Shown: positions 16,186 through 30,231 of the stretch, piece after piece
How positions within the stretch are numbered: the stretch's first letter is position 1
How the letters are laid out: every line of letters starts with the position of its first letter
Assembly (NCBI RefSeq): GCF_009914755.1
Contig: NC_060948.1
Strand: one strand, 5' to 3'
Origin: the human T2T-CHM13v2.0 reference genome, Homo sapiens
DNA length: 64,000 bases
Made by a program: the position numbers and the translations under genes
Notes under the pieces: model-generated
The model's input: the letters and a program-made list of their open reading frames with translations, nothing else
What the model was told of the DNA's origin: nothing
Databases searched by the model: none

Positions 16186-16422
16186 CATTTATAAGTTGGA
16201 GCTAAATTATGAGAACACATGAACACAAAGAGGAAAACAACACACACTGGGGCCTATTGGAGAGTAAAGGGTGGGAAGAGGGAGAGGATCAGGAAAAATA
16301 ACTAACAAATATTTTGCTTAATTCCTGGGTGATGAAATAATCAGTACAAGAAACCCCCATGAAACAAGTTTACTTATGTAACAAAGCTACACATGTACCC
16401 CTAAACTTAAAATAAGAATTGA
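16183..16422 (+). mobile_element. L1PA13-16-like 3' end
   Basis: gggagaggatcaggaaaaataactaa...aacttaaaataa. Confidence 0.85.
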
Positions 16423-19227
16423 ACATAGAATAATGTTTGAGGACAGTGTTTGAGATTAGTTCTGACCCTGTAATGTCACTTAGTGGTGTCTTTCCTTGGT
16501 TCTCTTTGGTAAACTAGCTGGGCTAAAATTTAGCCTTTATCTCTGATGAATTCACTTCCACTGTTTTTGAGCACACCCTTAGGCTTGAACTTCTTCATGC
16601 TCTGTTGAAAATAAATGTCAGTTCCTTTGAGAAGAACTTCAGAGCTCTCTGTTTTATGGTCCTTTTCCTTGGGCAAATTCTATTAACAACGACTAGGGGC
16701 AGGGACAGTTATGTCCTTCACTCTGAGTGACACCTCTGTTATTGGAAATCAGCACACAGCAGAGAGAGATAGTACATCCTGTTCTGTGTGGCTTGTCTTT
16801 CCAGTTTTAGAATCTTTGCTTTATAAATAAGCTGGGAAATTATAATTAAAAATGTGCCAGTATTATCAGTGCACTGTGGCCAATTTAGAGCTTCTTTCCT
16901 ATATGAGTGGGACTGGGTGAAAGAAAAAAGCCTCTCTTTTTAGTTGCAATAACCAAAAACACAGCTTCAGTAACAGGTAACTGGGGAGAAAAATGATAAA
17001 AGGTGATGTTGTGCCCCTCCTGGAAGATACCATAGCTCTCCAACTGGGAGCTAAGGGGAAGACAAGTTTTGGTATGGCTGTATTTCTGTAGAGTTTTACT
17101 CATGCTGAGTTAGGAGGGGAGTGGTAGAAAATGTAGTATGGTTCAAATAAAACAGATTTTTATATTCTTTAATTAGGTTTTATATAGTAATGGTTTTTCA
17201 TTTGCTGTCTGTATCTAGGAACACTTTCCAAGACTTTAAATGTTTTTTTAAATATAATTTATCCCAGTTTAACTGCGGAGTCGGCCTATACTACTAGGAG
17301 GGAAATCTTACCAGGTTGCTTCTTAATCATAGAAGAGGCAGTAGCTCCCTTGGTGGTTTAGTTCTGCAATATGACTGCAAATTTTTCCTGAAAGTATAAC
17401 CTAGAGTTTATTTCTTCAGTAGTTTGAATTAGTTGGCAAGCCATTCCCTTTAATAAATTCATTTCTGCTTAAATTAGGTAAAATTGATTTCATTTTCTGC
17501 AACTGAACATTTACCAATAGACTTCAAGGTACTCAGAGCATGCTGATTATACAGTGATCTAAACAGCTTGTTTCAGGTCTTAATTTCACATTGACAAACA
17601 TAAATCTTGGCCTTTCGCACCTATGTGATTTTGCATTTATATATTGTCTCTTTTCAAGCCAGGTGACCCTAGAGAAATTATTCTTGTTTCCAGAATCATA
17701 GATACAGGTAAGTTTTTTGTCCGAAATTTACTCTCTTGCTAGCTAATTTTTCTATGCGTATCTCTTTAATGTCTATATTATATCTCTCATAATTATTCTG
17801 GATAAGGTGAGTTTAAACTGTTTCTGAATTGTGCTTGGTTTTAACTTCTGATTTCACTTTATTTCCAACTAATGGCTGATTATGCTACACCTTATACCTT
17901 GCTAACAATTAGAAGCAGATTCTTCACCAGCCAGTTAACTTCAATGACCATTTTGAATAGGAGATTTTACTGTTGTCTGAACTGTAATCATGGAAATATA
18001 ATTATCTTAGAGTCATATCATAGAAGTACTTAGCATTCAAGTACCCCTCATTAGCTGGGCTTCAATCTCTGATCCTTTCATGGGCCAAGTCTTAAAGAAT
18101 AGTTCATAATTCTGCAAGTTTGTGGATATATAATGTCAAGGCTAGCTGACAAGCAAGGTCTTTATTACAGTACGCTCTTGTTAATTAATAACATTACTTA
18201 GTAGAGAAGTTATAGGTTCTTAGCAAAACTGAGTAAAAAGTTAAAAGAGTTTCCATCTGCCTCTGGTCTCACACGAGGACAACCTCTCTCACTATCAACA
18301 TCCTGACTCAGAGTGTTACAGTTGTTACAATCAATGAACCTACATTAGCAATTTATTATCAAACAAAGTCCACAGTTTACATTGAGGCTCACTCTGGGTG
18401 TTGTACCTTCTGTGGATTTTGACAAAGGTATAATAACATGTATTTACAATTATGGTGTTTTACAGAATGGTTTTCCTGTCCTAAAATTTTTTTGTGCTCT
18501 TCCTATTCATATTTCCCTCCCGACAACCACTAATCTTTTTACTATCTCTATAGTTTTTCCTTTTCCAGAATGTCATATAATTGGAATCATACAGTATGTA
18601 GCCTCTTTAGATTGGGTTCTTTCACTTGGTAACATGCATTTAGAGTACCTTCATGCCTTTTCATAAATCAATAGCTAATTTATTTTTAGTGCTCAGTAAT
18701 ACTCCATTGTCTGGCTGCATCACAGCTTATGTATTCAATACCTACTTAAGGACATCTTGGTTGCTTCCAAATGCTGGCAATTATAAACAAAGGTGGTCTA
18801 AACAATTTTATTCAGGTTTTATGTGGAAATAAGTCTTTAATAATTTTGGGTAAATATTAAGGAGTGTGATTATAAGAACTTATGGTAAAAGTATGTTAAA
18901 TTTTCTAAGAAACTACCTAACTACCCACCAAAGTGGTTGTACCATTTTGCAATCCCAGCAGTAATGAATGAAAGATCCTGCTTTTCTACATCCTCACCAG
19001 CATTTGATGTTGTTAGTGTTTAGATGTCATCCATTTTAATAGGTGTGTAGTAGTAGCTCGTTGTTGTTTTAATTTGCAGTTCCCTACGAAAATATGATGC
19101 TGAGCATATAATATTTTCATGTGCTTACTTGCCATCTACATATATACTTTGATAAAGTATCTGTTCAAGTCTTTTGCTCATTTTTAAAAACTGAATTGCT
19201 CCATATATTACTATTGAGTTTTATAAG

Positions 19228-19816
19228 TGTTTGAAATGCTTTTTTCTCAGTGCCGTAAAGAAATAGCACTTGAAGATAAATTTAATTTCCTCAGCAAGGC
19301 CATTTTAACTTTCTGCAGAAAGCATACACTTGCCAGCAGTTTTGCCATGAGAGTACACCGAACAAAGGAGACAGGGTCATTTATAACCTGACGCATCCAC
19401 CCTATTGCTGTGTCCGGTTTCCATTGGCTGGAATGGGACCTCACATTCTGTATTTGTGCTGATTGGCTAGCAACTTAGAAATTTTTAAAAGAAGCAAAGG
19501 CAGAGGAGAAAAAAGAAGGAGGAAGTAAACTTGTGGAATGTTGAGAAAGGTAAAAACACCTTCAAATAAGGAAGAGGAAAAGGCTATGACTTAATGCTTG
19601 CTTAGACCAGTATAAGCATGCCAGGGCAAATATTTAGGCTAAATTGTGGGAGCTAAGAATATAAAGTACATTGATTTCTTTATTACAGCTAGCAGATATT
19701 TAAGAATGTTAGAACAGCTCTTTGAATAAATTTTGCTTCTAAGAGAAGTTGCTATTTATTCCTAATTAGATGGGGAGGAAAGTCTTTGAAGAGGAACCTC
19801 TACTTTACTTTTTACA
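19228..19816 (-). mobile_element. ERV1 solo LTR, LTR10-family (HERV-I)
   Basis: TG...CA ends, exact 4-bp TSD TAAG; minus strand starts TGTAAAAAGTAAAGTAGAGGTTCCTCTTCAAAG. Confidence 0.8.
19594..19633. promoter_or_regulatory. Candidate p53 response element (four abutting degenerate half-sites) in LTR10
   Basis: ATGCTTGCTT AGACCAGTAT AAGCATGCCA GGGCAAATAT compared with RRRCWWGYYY. Confidence 0.5.
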
Positions 19817-22024
19817 TAAGTTTTTAAATATATATTTAGATAATAGTCATTTATAAAATGTGTCTTTTGGAAATACTTTTTTTCCAGTTTTGGCTTGCCT
19901 TCTCATTTTCTCAAAAGTGACTTTTTTAAGAGCAGAAGTTTGTAATTTCAATGAAGTCCAGCTTATCGATTATTTATTTCATAGATCATGCCTTTAGTCT
20001 TGTAAAAATTATCACCATACTCAAAATAATCCGGTTTCTCTTTTCTGTTATCTTCTACAAGTTTTATAGTTTTGTGTTTTATTCTGATGTCCATGATTTG
20101 TTTTCAGTTAATTTTCTTGAAAGATATTAAGTTCTGTGTCAACATTCTTTTATTTTAATAGATATGTCCATATATTTCAACACATTTGTTGAAAATACTA
20201 TGTTTGCTCAATTTTATTGCCTTTGCTTCTTTGGTCAAAGATTAATGAACTACATTATGTGGGTTTATTTCTGGTCTCTGTATTTAGTTACACTGATCCA
20301 TTTGTTCTTTCACAAATAGAAAACTGTCATTATTACTTTAGCTTTACAGTAAGTCTTGAAGTCAGGTACTATCAGTACTCCATATTTGCTCTTCTTTAAT
20401 ATTGAATCGGCAATCATGAGTTCTTTACCTCTTCATATAAGCATTAGAATCAATTTTTCACTATTCACACTACTTGCTGGGATTTTGATTGGGATTGGTT
20501 GTATATATAGATAGATCAAGTTAAAAAGCTCTAGCATATTAAAAACATTGAGGCTTTCTATCTATAAACATGGAATATATCTCCATTTATTTAATTATTG
20601 ATTTCTTTATTAGTTTTATAGTTTTAAAAAATATAGCTCTTGCACATGTGTTGTTAAATTTATACCTATGTATTTTATTTCTGTGGGTGCTAATGTAAGT
20701 GGTAATGTGTTTTTAATTTAAAATTCTACTGTGTCTTTTTTTGCTAATATATAAAAAGTCAATTGACTTCAGTAAATTAAACTTATATTCTGCAACCTTG
20801 CTACAATTGTTTATTAGTTCTAGGAGGTTTTTGTTGATTCTTTTGGATTTTCTACATAGATATTAATGTCTTCTGTGAACAAAGACAGTTTCGTTACTTC
20901 CTTTTCAGTCTGCATAACTTTTATTTCCTTTTATTGTCTTATGAAGTTACAAAGAAATTCCAGGATGATGTTTAAAAGCAGTGGTAAGATGGTATGTCCT
21001 TGCCTTGTTCCTGATCTTAGTAGATAAGCATCAGGTTTTTCACTATTAAGGTGGTGTTACCTATACTATTTTTTGTAAATGTTACTAATCAAGTTGAAAA
21101 AGTCCCCCTCTGTTACTAGTTTTTTTAGAGTTCTAATTATAAAATGATATTAAGTTTTGTCAGATGCTTTTTCTGCATCACTTTATATGATCAAGTGGTT
21201 TTTCATCTTTAGTCTGCTGACATTAGGGAGTTTTAAGTATTCTTGAAATATTGACTACCTTATCCTTATTTAACGCCCCCCTTTAATAACTTTCTTGATT
21301 CTAAAGTCTTCTCTGAGATTAATACAGTTGCTTCTGCTATCTTTTCATTAGTGTTATTATGGTATATCTCTATCCATCCTTTTACTTTTAATCTATATGT
21401 GTTTTTATATTTACAGTGGGTTCTTTTTTCTGGTCAAATTATAGTTGAGTTTTGTTTTTAATACCCACTCTGACTGTTTCTGCCTTTAAATCAGTGTATC
21501 TAAACCATTGACATTCAAGGTAATTATTGATACAGTTGGATTAATATCTACTACAATTGTTACTATTTAGTCTAGTTGTTGCCCGTGTTCTTTGTTTCTA
21601 TTTTTGTTTTTCATACTTTTTCTATCTTTTGTAATTTTAATTGAGAATTTTATGTGCTTTCTTTTTCTCTCTTTTTTTAGCATATCGATTATATTTATTT
21701 AAAAAATTTTTTCTAGTGGTTGTTCTAGAGTTTGCAATATACATGTACAACTAATCCAAGATTACTTTCAAATAACACTATACTATTTCATAGGTAGTGT
21801 GAGTACCTTATAATAACAATGTATTTCTAATTTCTCCCTCTTATTTCTTGTGTAATTTATGTTATCCATTTTATTTACATGTAAGCATTTCACATGAGTT
21901 GGTGTTATTATTTTGAAAAAATTATTATTTTTAGATCAATTAAAAATAAGAAAATAAAAGTTTTTATACTACCTTCACTTATTCTCTAAGGTTCTTTATG
22001 TAGATATGCATTTCTCACTTATAT

Positions 22025-22442
22025 TGTGTTAGTTCATTTTTTGTGTTGCTATATAGAATTAACTGAGGCTGAATAATTTATTTAAAAAATAGTTTACATT
22101 GACTGATAATTTTTCAGGCTGTACTGAAATCATGGCACCAGCATCTGCCCCTAGCAAGGGCCTCAGGAAGATTTCAGTCATGGCAAAATGTGAAAGGGGA
22201 GCAAGTAAGTCACATGGTGAAAGAGAGAGCATGAGAGAGAAGAAGGAGGTCTAAGACCTTTCCAAATGACCAGATTTAATTTAAATTAACTGAGCGAGAA
22301 CTCTATCACCAAGCAGATAGCACTAAGCAATTTATGAGAGAACCACAACTGTGATTCAATACCTGCCAACAGGCCATATCTACAACATTGGGGATCACAT
22401 TTTAACATGAGATTTGGAGGGGACTCTCATCCCAATGATATA
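22025..22442 (-). mobile_element. MSTB-like solo LTR
   Basis: tgtgttagt..gttgctata..catggcaccagcatctg..catgagatttggagggg. Confidence 0.85.
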
Positions 22443-25400
22443 AAATATTATTCCTCTTCTCTCTGAATAACTTCTTTTAATCTTCCTTGCAAGGCATGGC
22501 TAGTGGCAGCAAAAATTCTCAATTTTTGTTAGATAGAGTCTTCATTTATCTTTCACTTTTGAAGGGTAATTTTATAGAATTTAGAATTCTAGGTTGTTGA
22601 TACTTTCCTCTTAACTGTAAATATTTTACTCCACTCTCTTAATGCTTGTGTGATTTCTGAGGGGCTGTTGGTTTTAATTGTTATTTGTTTTTCCGTAGGT
22701 AAGATGTTTCCTACCCCCATCCCCGGCTTCTTTCAAGATTTCTTAAGTTTTCTGCAGTTTGAACATTATATGCCTAGGTATGATTCTTTTTTGTATTTAT
22801 CCCACACGGTATTCTCTGCTTCCTGGATTTGTGCTTTTGTGTATGACATTAACGTGCAGAAATTCTCAGTCGATACTGCCTGAAATATGTCTTTTTTTAT
22901 GTTCTCTTCTTTCTTCTCCTTCTGGCATTCCAATTAGGCATATGTTTCACCTTTTGTCATTGAACAACAGTTCTTGAATATTTTGAATTTTTTCCATCTT
23001 TTTTCTTTGAATTTTAATTTTGGAAGTGTCTATTGTCATATTCTCAAGCACAGAGATTGTTTCCTCAATTATTTCTGGTCTACTATTGAGCCTTTCAAAG
23101 GCATGCTTCATTTCTGTTACAGTGTTTTTTATCTCTAGCATTTCTCTTTGATTATTTCTTATAATTTCCATCTCTTGTACATTAGCTATATTTTTGTGTG
23201 TTATCTACTTTTCCATTAATGCCCATAACATATTAATCATAGTGATTTTTAAAAATCCCTACTCTGACAATTCCAACATCATTGCCATATATAACTTTGG
23301 TTCTTGTGCTTGCTTATTTTCTTCAAACTGTACTTTTTGTCTTCAAATATGCCTTGTATTTTTTAAATTAAAATATGGGCATGATGCACTTGATAAAGTA
23401 ACTGAGGTAAATAGGCCTTTAATAATGTAGTGATAAATTATGGAAAGTGAAAATAGCATTGTACAGTAACATAATTAGATCTCAGTCTTTTGATGAGTTG
23501 TGGTCCTGGATTGTAACCTCCACTAGTGCTTCTTGTGTTTTTTCTCCCTTTTTAGGTGGAATAGAATGGCTAGGGGGGCTGGAGTTGTATATTTCCCTTT
23601 TCCTATGTGCAAAGCTAGAGTTGGCTAGAGTCAGATATTTACCTTTCCCCAGTTAGATTAGGCTCTGGTAAAATGCCAGCAGGTTAGATTCTGATAACAT
23701 AGTTTCCTTGAAGGCAGACATTATTTAGAAGTACAGCATGCTCTAGTGTATTACAAAATGATTCATTTTCCCATCCTCCCTGCTGGAAGCACAAGGAGAT
23801 TATTTTTTCCTGATATTTACTGTGAGGACCTGGTGTAGCTTCTGGAGGTAAAATTTACAAAAGTATAGGGGATCCCCACATCCCTGACCACCATGGAGTT
23901 TTCAACTTTTTAGATTTGTCCAAATTGAGACTCCACCAAGTCATCAATTACAATTTATGTTTTCCTCTCCAAGCATTGGTTCTGATAGAGGTTTCTGCTA
24001 GTGATCCACCCCTGCGCCCCCCAACCCTGTGGTTACATTGTAGTCTCTGTATTTTCATGAATGTCTCTCCAGTTTTGAAGGTATTAGCTTTTCTTGTGAC
24101 CTTACTTATTTGATAGATCTAAGAAGAACTGTTGATATGTAAGTTTGTTTAGCATTTTACTTTGGTTTTAGGGCAGAGTGGTAATTTCTAAATTTCTTAC
24201 ATACCAAATCAGAGACATGTCTTTGAGAACTTTAAAGAATGGGAAGTTTATCCAAATGACCAAAAATGAATCAGAAATAGTCTGTTGAATAAAAACATTT
24301 CAGAAAGCAACAGACCAGGACATTATTTTTTTGGAACCTGAAACAAACTGACGAAAGTAAATGAGATCTTATTTACGTAGAAATTGCAATTTAAGGTGTT
24401 TAGAATATATTTATGCTAAAGACATTTACAGGACATAATTATAATTGTTAAAAACCCTCTTTATATCTGTAAAGCATATATTTACTCTTCTTGTTATATC
24501 TATCAGTTACCATATAAATACAGAAATCAGATTTTTTTTTGCTCAAGCAAAAAAAAAATAATTATAATGTGAATTAAACAACTTAGTATATTGACCATTT
24601 GGGGATTTAAAAATAATAAAAGGAACATGAATAAAGTTCTCTACACTAAACCATTTAGAATACCAGTAATAAAAGATTTAAAATAAATATTTATGCAATG
24701 GAATATAACCTTCAGCAATTATTCTATGCAAAAAAAAAAAAAAAAAAAAAACAGGGCAAAATTAGAGCTTTTTCCAAAAAGTAAAGACAAACAGGCAACA
24801 AGCCTGAAAAAAACTATAATATTTTGTGTGGTTGGCTTGAATAAGAAATTGCATTTATTCCCCAGGACAAAAAAAAAAATCAATTACCAACCCTTAGCAT
24901 TCCCTCCCTGAGTTATCATACCTCATCCAATAAGTAAAAAAGATAAACCTTAGTCAGCATAATAAACTACTAGAGTCTCTCCTACTTTCATTGAAATTGG
25001 GACAAAAAAATAACCAGCAGATAATTTTTTGTTTTAAAGTTGATGTATTGCTATATTCTTGTTTTAATTTTTTAATGGTAACAATTTAACTTTTTACTGG
25101 TAAAATCTAATTTGAAAAGATATTTTTAACTGAAAAGCAAGGAAGGTAAATATATTCTGAAAAAATACACTAAGGCAAGAAAAAGTACATTTATATTAAT
25201 GAATAACCAACTTTTCTTCCCCCCAAAAAATGTATAATAAACACCAGTTCAGAATCTTGATTACCCCTGGTGTTAGATGGAGGGTAAGTATGAGGAATAG
25301 GAGAAGAAAGTGATTGCAATTGTGTAGGAGAATAGCAGCTTTCAACTGTTATTATGGAATTTTATTTTCTAAGCTAGTTACTGAGGTGTCATTTAATCAG

Positions 25401-25659
25401 TCTTTATAATTTTTAATGTCTTAAATATTTTAGAACAAATCTTTTACATTACATCTAAAGCAGTAGGGCCACAAATAACTTAAAAAGATTGTTTCCCTTT
25501 TCTCTTTCTACCTCTAAGGAAGGTTATGTCAAAACCACAATGCAAAAGCCAATGCATTTCTTATACGTATTGTTTGTAAAAATCACACACAGAATATACT
25601 TTGTCATTTCAGTGGCTATCAATTTATATGCTCAGCGTAGGTTATAAAAAATTAAATCA

Positions 25660-25963
25660 GGCTAGGCGCAGTGGCTCAGGCCTGTAATCCCAGCACTTTG
25701 GGAGGCTGAGGCAGGTGGATCACCTGAGATCAGGAGTTCGAGATCGGCCTAGTCAACATGGCTAAACCCCGTCTCTACTAAAAGTACAAAACTTAGCCGG
25801 GCATGGTGGCAGGTGCCTGTAATCCCAGCTACTCAGGAGGCTGAGGCAGGAGAATCACTTGAACTTGGGGGGTGGAGGTTGTAGTGAGCCAAGATTGCAC
25901 CACTGCACTCCAGCCTAGGTGATAAGAGTGAGACTTCATCTCAATTAAAAAAAAAAAAAAAAA
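25660..25963 (+). mobile_element. AluS
   Basis: Full dimer, poly(A), TSD aaaaaattaaatca. Confidence 0.97.
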
Positions 25964-27866
25964 ATTAAATCAATCCTCTTTAGCCTGAAAGTTATTGCTC
26001 TTTTTACTAATGGTTTCAGAGCCTTATATTTCTATGACATTTCCTCTTTTGAGATGAGAAAATTTTAAAATACAAAGATTTTCTGAGAGAACTGTATTAA
26101 AATATGAGAAAGTTTTAATTGAACAGATGTTAAAATTATGGAAGGAATTGCCATCTGCTAGTATGTTTCACGCTCTTGTGAACATGTGAGAAATGCCTGC
26201 CTAACCCATATCTCATTCTTTTAGAAGTAGTTTCTATACCTCCAGCTGAATAAATTGTTCTTACTAGCTTATGCCCATCCTGCCCTTACGCCCCATAATA
26301 TAGTCAGGCCATCAGGATTCTTTTTCTACAACTTAAACTAATCAATTTAGAGATTGACAATCAGAAAATCTTTAAAACAACAAAAATGCAAATACTTAAA
26401 CCATATCCATTGATAGGCAGAAGGGAGATTTACATAGGGAAACAGGAGAAATGAGCAGATGTCAATAATAAACTGAGATAAAAGATCAAGTGGTCCAAAA
26501 AAGGGACAATAGCTAGGTTCCTTACGTATAAATATTCAGATAATACAAAGGCCTATTTTAAAGACATTGGCTAATGTTTTAAGTGATATTGGAAGCAAAT
26601 GAATGAGTTTTAGCAAGGATTTATATATGTAGACTTAGATTTAAAAAAATCACTTCAGCTTATAATGCAAGATGGCTGACTAGACATATTGGATGACAGA
26701 CCTCCCCAGAAAGAAGGTCAAAGTTATTGGTAAATGAACATTTTTCTAATGGAAAACTAAAGGAAGACAGCCAGGACCTGTTACAGTGCCCATGCAAAGA
26801 AGTTAAGGTGCAGAAAAGAAAAGCAGCAAGAGTCTGGTAGAGATAAACCACTGAGGAACTTGGAACTCTGTGGAAAGTGTAGGTAAGAGTGCTCTGCTCC
26901 CATCACTCTGGCAACAATCTGCTATCCAACTGTTGGAAAGCCCCTATGCCCTTCCAACCCCGGGAAATGCTTTCAGTGGTGACTTAGAAACTGCCAGGGG
27001 ACAAAGAATTGGTTAAACAGCTTATGTACATAAGCCTGCACTTCCTGCAGATCTGAACTGAGATGTCAGGTGCCATACTGGTTATGCATCTGTTGTGAGA
27101 CACTATCCAGTCCAGAGAATTTCTTCCTTTAAGTCATCAAACTACTAGATCCCCTGAAAACATACTCCAAAACCTGCTCTGACTTTGGCAAGCACAGGGA
27201 ACCAGTGGATGCCCAGGGAGCTGTGGAACCCCTGGTGATCTAACCTTTGGCATGAGATGCTCCTAAAGAAGTGAGGAGCACAGCCTGTCAAAGCCCCTAT
27301 GAGACAAAAGAAATGTAGGTATGGTGCCAATCACTGAAGCCTGCAGCACTGACAGCTGAGGATTGTTGTGGAGAAGGGGTTATCTCCCACCCCCCACCCA
27401 TCAACTGTTGTGGATGCAGCAGTGTTTCTCCCCAGTGGGGCCAGAGGTTGAGCACCTGGAAAAAGTGCTTATTGTGCTTTTCACAGTTCCTTGCATTTAA
27501 AAGTGAGCCCATGCTGCTTGGGCTTGCATAGAGTGTGGGGCCAAACTCCCCATCCCTGCACAGAGTGCCAGTGGACCAGTAATAGATGACTGACAAACCA
27601 CCCAGTTATCTTCTCTGGAATGGGAAAGAGATTCTGCCTTGAGCACATTTTGATTATAGCTATAAATAATCTATCCACAACCCAGGAACCCATACAAAGT
27701 TTTGGCTCCCTGAAAGGACCCATAAATGAAGCCAAATGGTAATAAACAATGTAAATCACAGTCATAATCTCAAGGGAAAAAATAAAATGTCCTATTCAAG
27801 CAATATCAATTCAAAAATAAAAGTTGACACCTTTAGATGACATTCAGGCAAGAACTCTGGCAGTAA

Positions 27867-28230
<364 letters not shown>

Positions 28231-28421
28231 TAGCAATGAATGCTAAAAGAAATGAAAAGTCAGAAGTGACAAAGGATTGTATATATGGATTGCAGTGAAA
28301 CTCAATGAGAGCGAAAAAAACTTCAAATCCAACACAAATAAACCAGAAAAAAATATTTAGAATATAAAAAAAAAGAGAGGTAGCTATATATTTTTAAAAA
28401 ATGGTTAGAACTTCCAGAATT

Positions 28422-30231
28422 GGGTGAGTGACACAGAAGATGGGTGATTTCTGCATTTCCCACTGAGGTACCGGGTTCATCTCACTGGGGAGTGCTGGAC
28501 AGTGGGTGCAGGACAGTGGGTGCAGTGCACTGTGTGTTAACCGAAGCAAGGCAAGGCATAGCCTCACCCGGGAAGCTCAAGGGGTCAGGGAATTCACTTT
28601 CCTAGTCAAAGAAAGGGTTGACAGATGGCACCTGGAAAATTGGGTCACTCCCACCCTAATACTGCGCTTTTCCAATGGCTTAACAAATGGCACACCAGGA
28701 GATTATATTCTGCACCTGGTTTGTAGTGTCCTATGCCCACGGAGCCTTGGTCATTGCTAGCACAGCAGTCTGAGATCAAACTGCAAGGTGGCAGCGAGGC
28801 TGGGGGAAGGGCACCCGCCATTGCCCAGGCATGAGTAGGTAAACAAAGTGGCTGGGAAGCTTGAACTGGGTGGAGCCCAACAAAGCTCAAGGAGGCCTGC
28901 CTGCCTCTGTAGGCTCCACCTCTGGGGCAGGGCACAGACAAACAAAAGACAGCAATAACCTCTGCAGACTTAAATGTCCGTGTCTGACAACTTTGAAGAG
29001 AGTAGTGGTTCTCCCAGCAGGCAGCTTGAGATCTGAGAACAGGCAGACTTCCTCCTCAGGTGGGCCCCTGACCCACGAGTAGCCTAACTGGGAGGCACCC
29101 CCCAGTAGGGGCATACTGACACCTCATACAGCCAGGTACTCCTCTAAGACAAATCTTCCAGAGAAACGATCAGGTGGCAGCATTTGCAGTTCACCAATAT
29201 CCACTGTTCTGTAGCTACCGCTGCTGTTACCCAGGAAAACAGGGTCTGGAGTGGACCTCCAGCAAACTCCAACAGACCTGCAGCTGAGGGTCCTGACTGT
29301 TAGAAGGAAAACTAACAAACCAATGAACTCCAACAAATTTACAAGAAAAAAACAAACAACCCCATCAAAAAGTGGGCAAATGATATGAACAGACACTTCT
29401 CAAAAGAAGACATTTGTGCAGCCAAAAAACACATGAAAAAATGCTCATCATCATTGGCCATCAGAGAAATGCAAATCAAAACCACAATGAGATACCATCT
29501 CACACCAGTTAGAATGGCGATCATTAAAAAGTCAGGAAACAACAGGTGATGGAGAGGATGTGGAGAAATAGGAACACTTTTACACTGTTGGTGGGACTGT
29601 AAACTAGTTCAACCATTGTGGAAGTCAGTGTGGCAATTCCTCAGTGATCTAGAACTGAAAATACCATTTGACCCAGCCATCCCATTACTGGGTATATACC
29701 CAAAGAATTATAAATCATGCTGCTACAAAGACACATGCACACGTATGTTTACTGCGGCACTATTCACAATAGCAAAGACTTGGAACCAACACAAATGTCC
29801 AACAATGATAGACTGGATTAAGAAAATGTGGCACATAGACACCATGGAATACTATGCAGCCATAAAAAAGGACGAGTTCATGTCCTTTGTAGGGACATGG
29901 ATGAAGCTGGAAACCATCATTCTCAGCAAACTATCACAAGGACAAAAAACCAAACACCGCATGTTCTCACTCATAGGTGGGAATTGAACAATGAGAACAC
30001 ATGGACACAGGAAAGGGAACATGACACACCGGGGACTGTTGTGGGGTGGGAGGAGGGGGGAGGGATAGCATTAGGAGATATACCTAATGTTAAATGATGA
30101 GTTAATGGGTGCAGCACACCAACATGGCATATGTATACATATGTAACAAACCTGTACATTGTGCACATGTAGCCTAAAACTTAAAGTATAATAATAATAA
30201 AATAAAAAAATAAACTTATACCAAAAAATAA
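28422..30231 (+). mobile_element. Internally deleted L1PA: 5'UTR fused at 29320/29321 to the ORF2 3' end and tail
   Basis: TSD agaacttc(c/t)agaatt at 28407-28421 and 30232-30246; ORF 29616..29987 is the ORF2p C-terminus. Confidence 0.95.
28645..28821 (-). CDS. L1 ORF0-like antisense ORF (58 aa, altered C-terminus)
   Basis: MAGALPPASLPPCSLISDCCASN matches the ORF0 N-terminus; ATG intact; expression unknown. Confidence 0.6.
   Translation of the reverse strand: MAGALPPASLPPCSLISDCCASNDQGSVGIGHYKPGAEYNLLVCHLLSHWKSAVLGWE

Larger units (their letters stand above)
18190..24215 (-). mobile_element. L1MC-like element (3'UTR to 5'UTR) with an internal ORF2 deletion near 21220
   Basis: L1MC-type 3' end; ORF 22947..23171 (NQREMLEIKNTVTEMK) is ORF1p coiled coil. 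Confidence 0.8.

Noticed and set aside
17400-18160. Possible MLT LTR end and MaLR/ERVL internal remnant
   Set aside because: Too degenerate to bound or name confidently by eye
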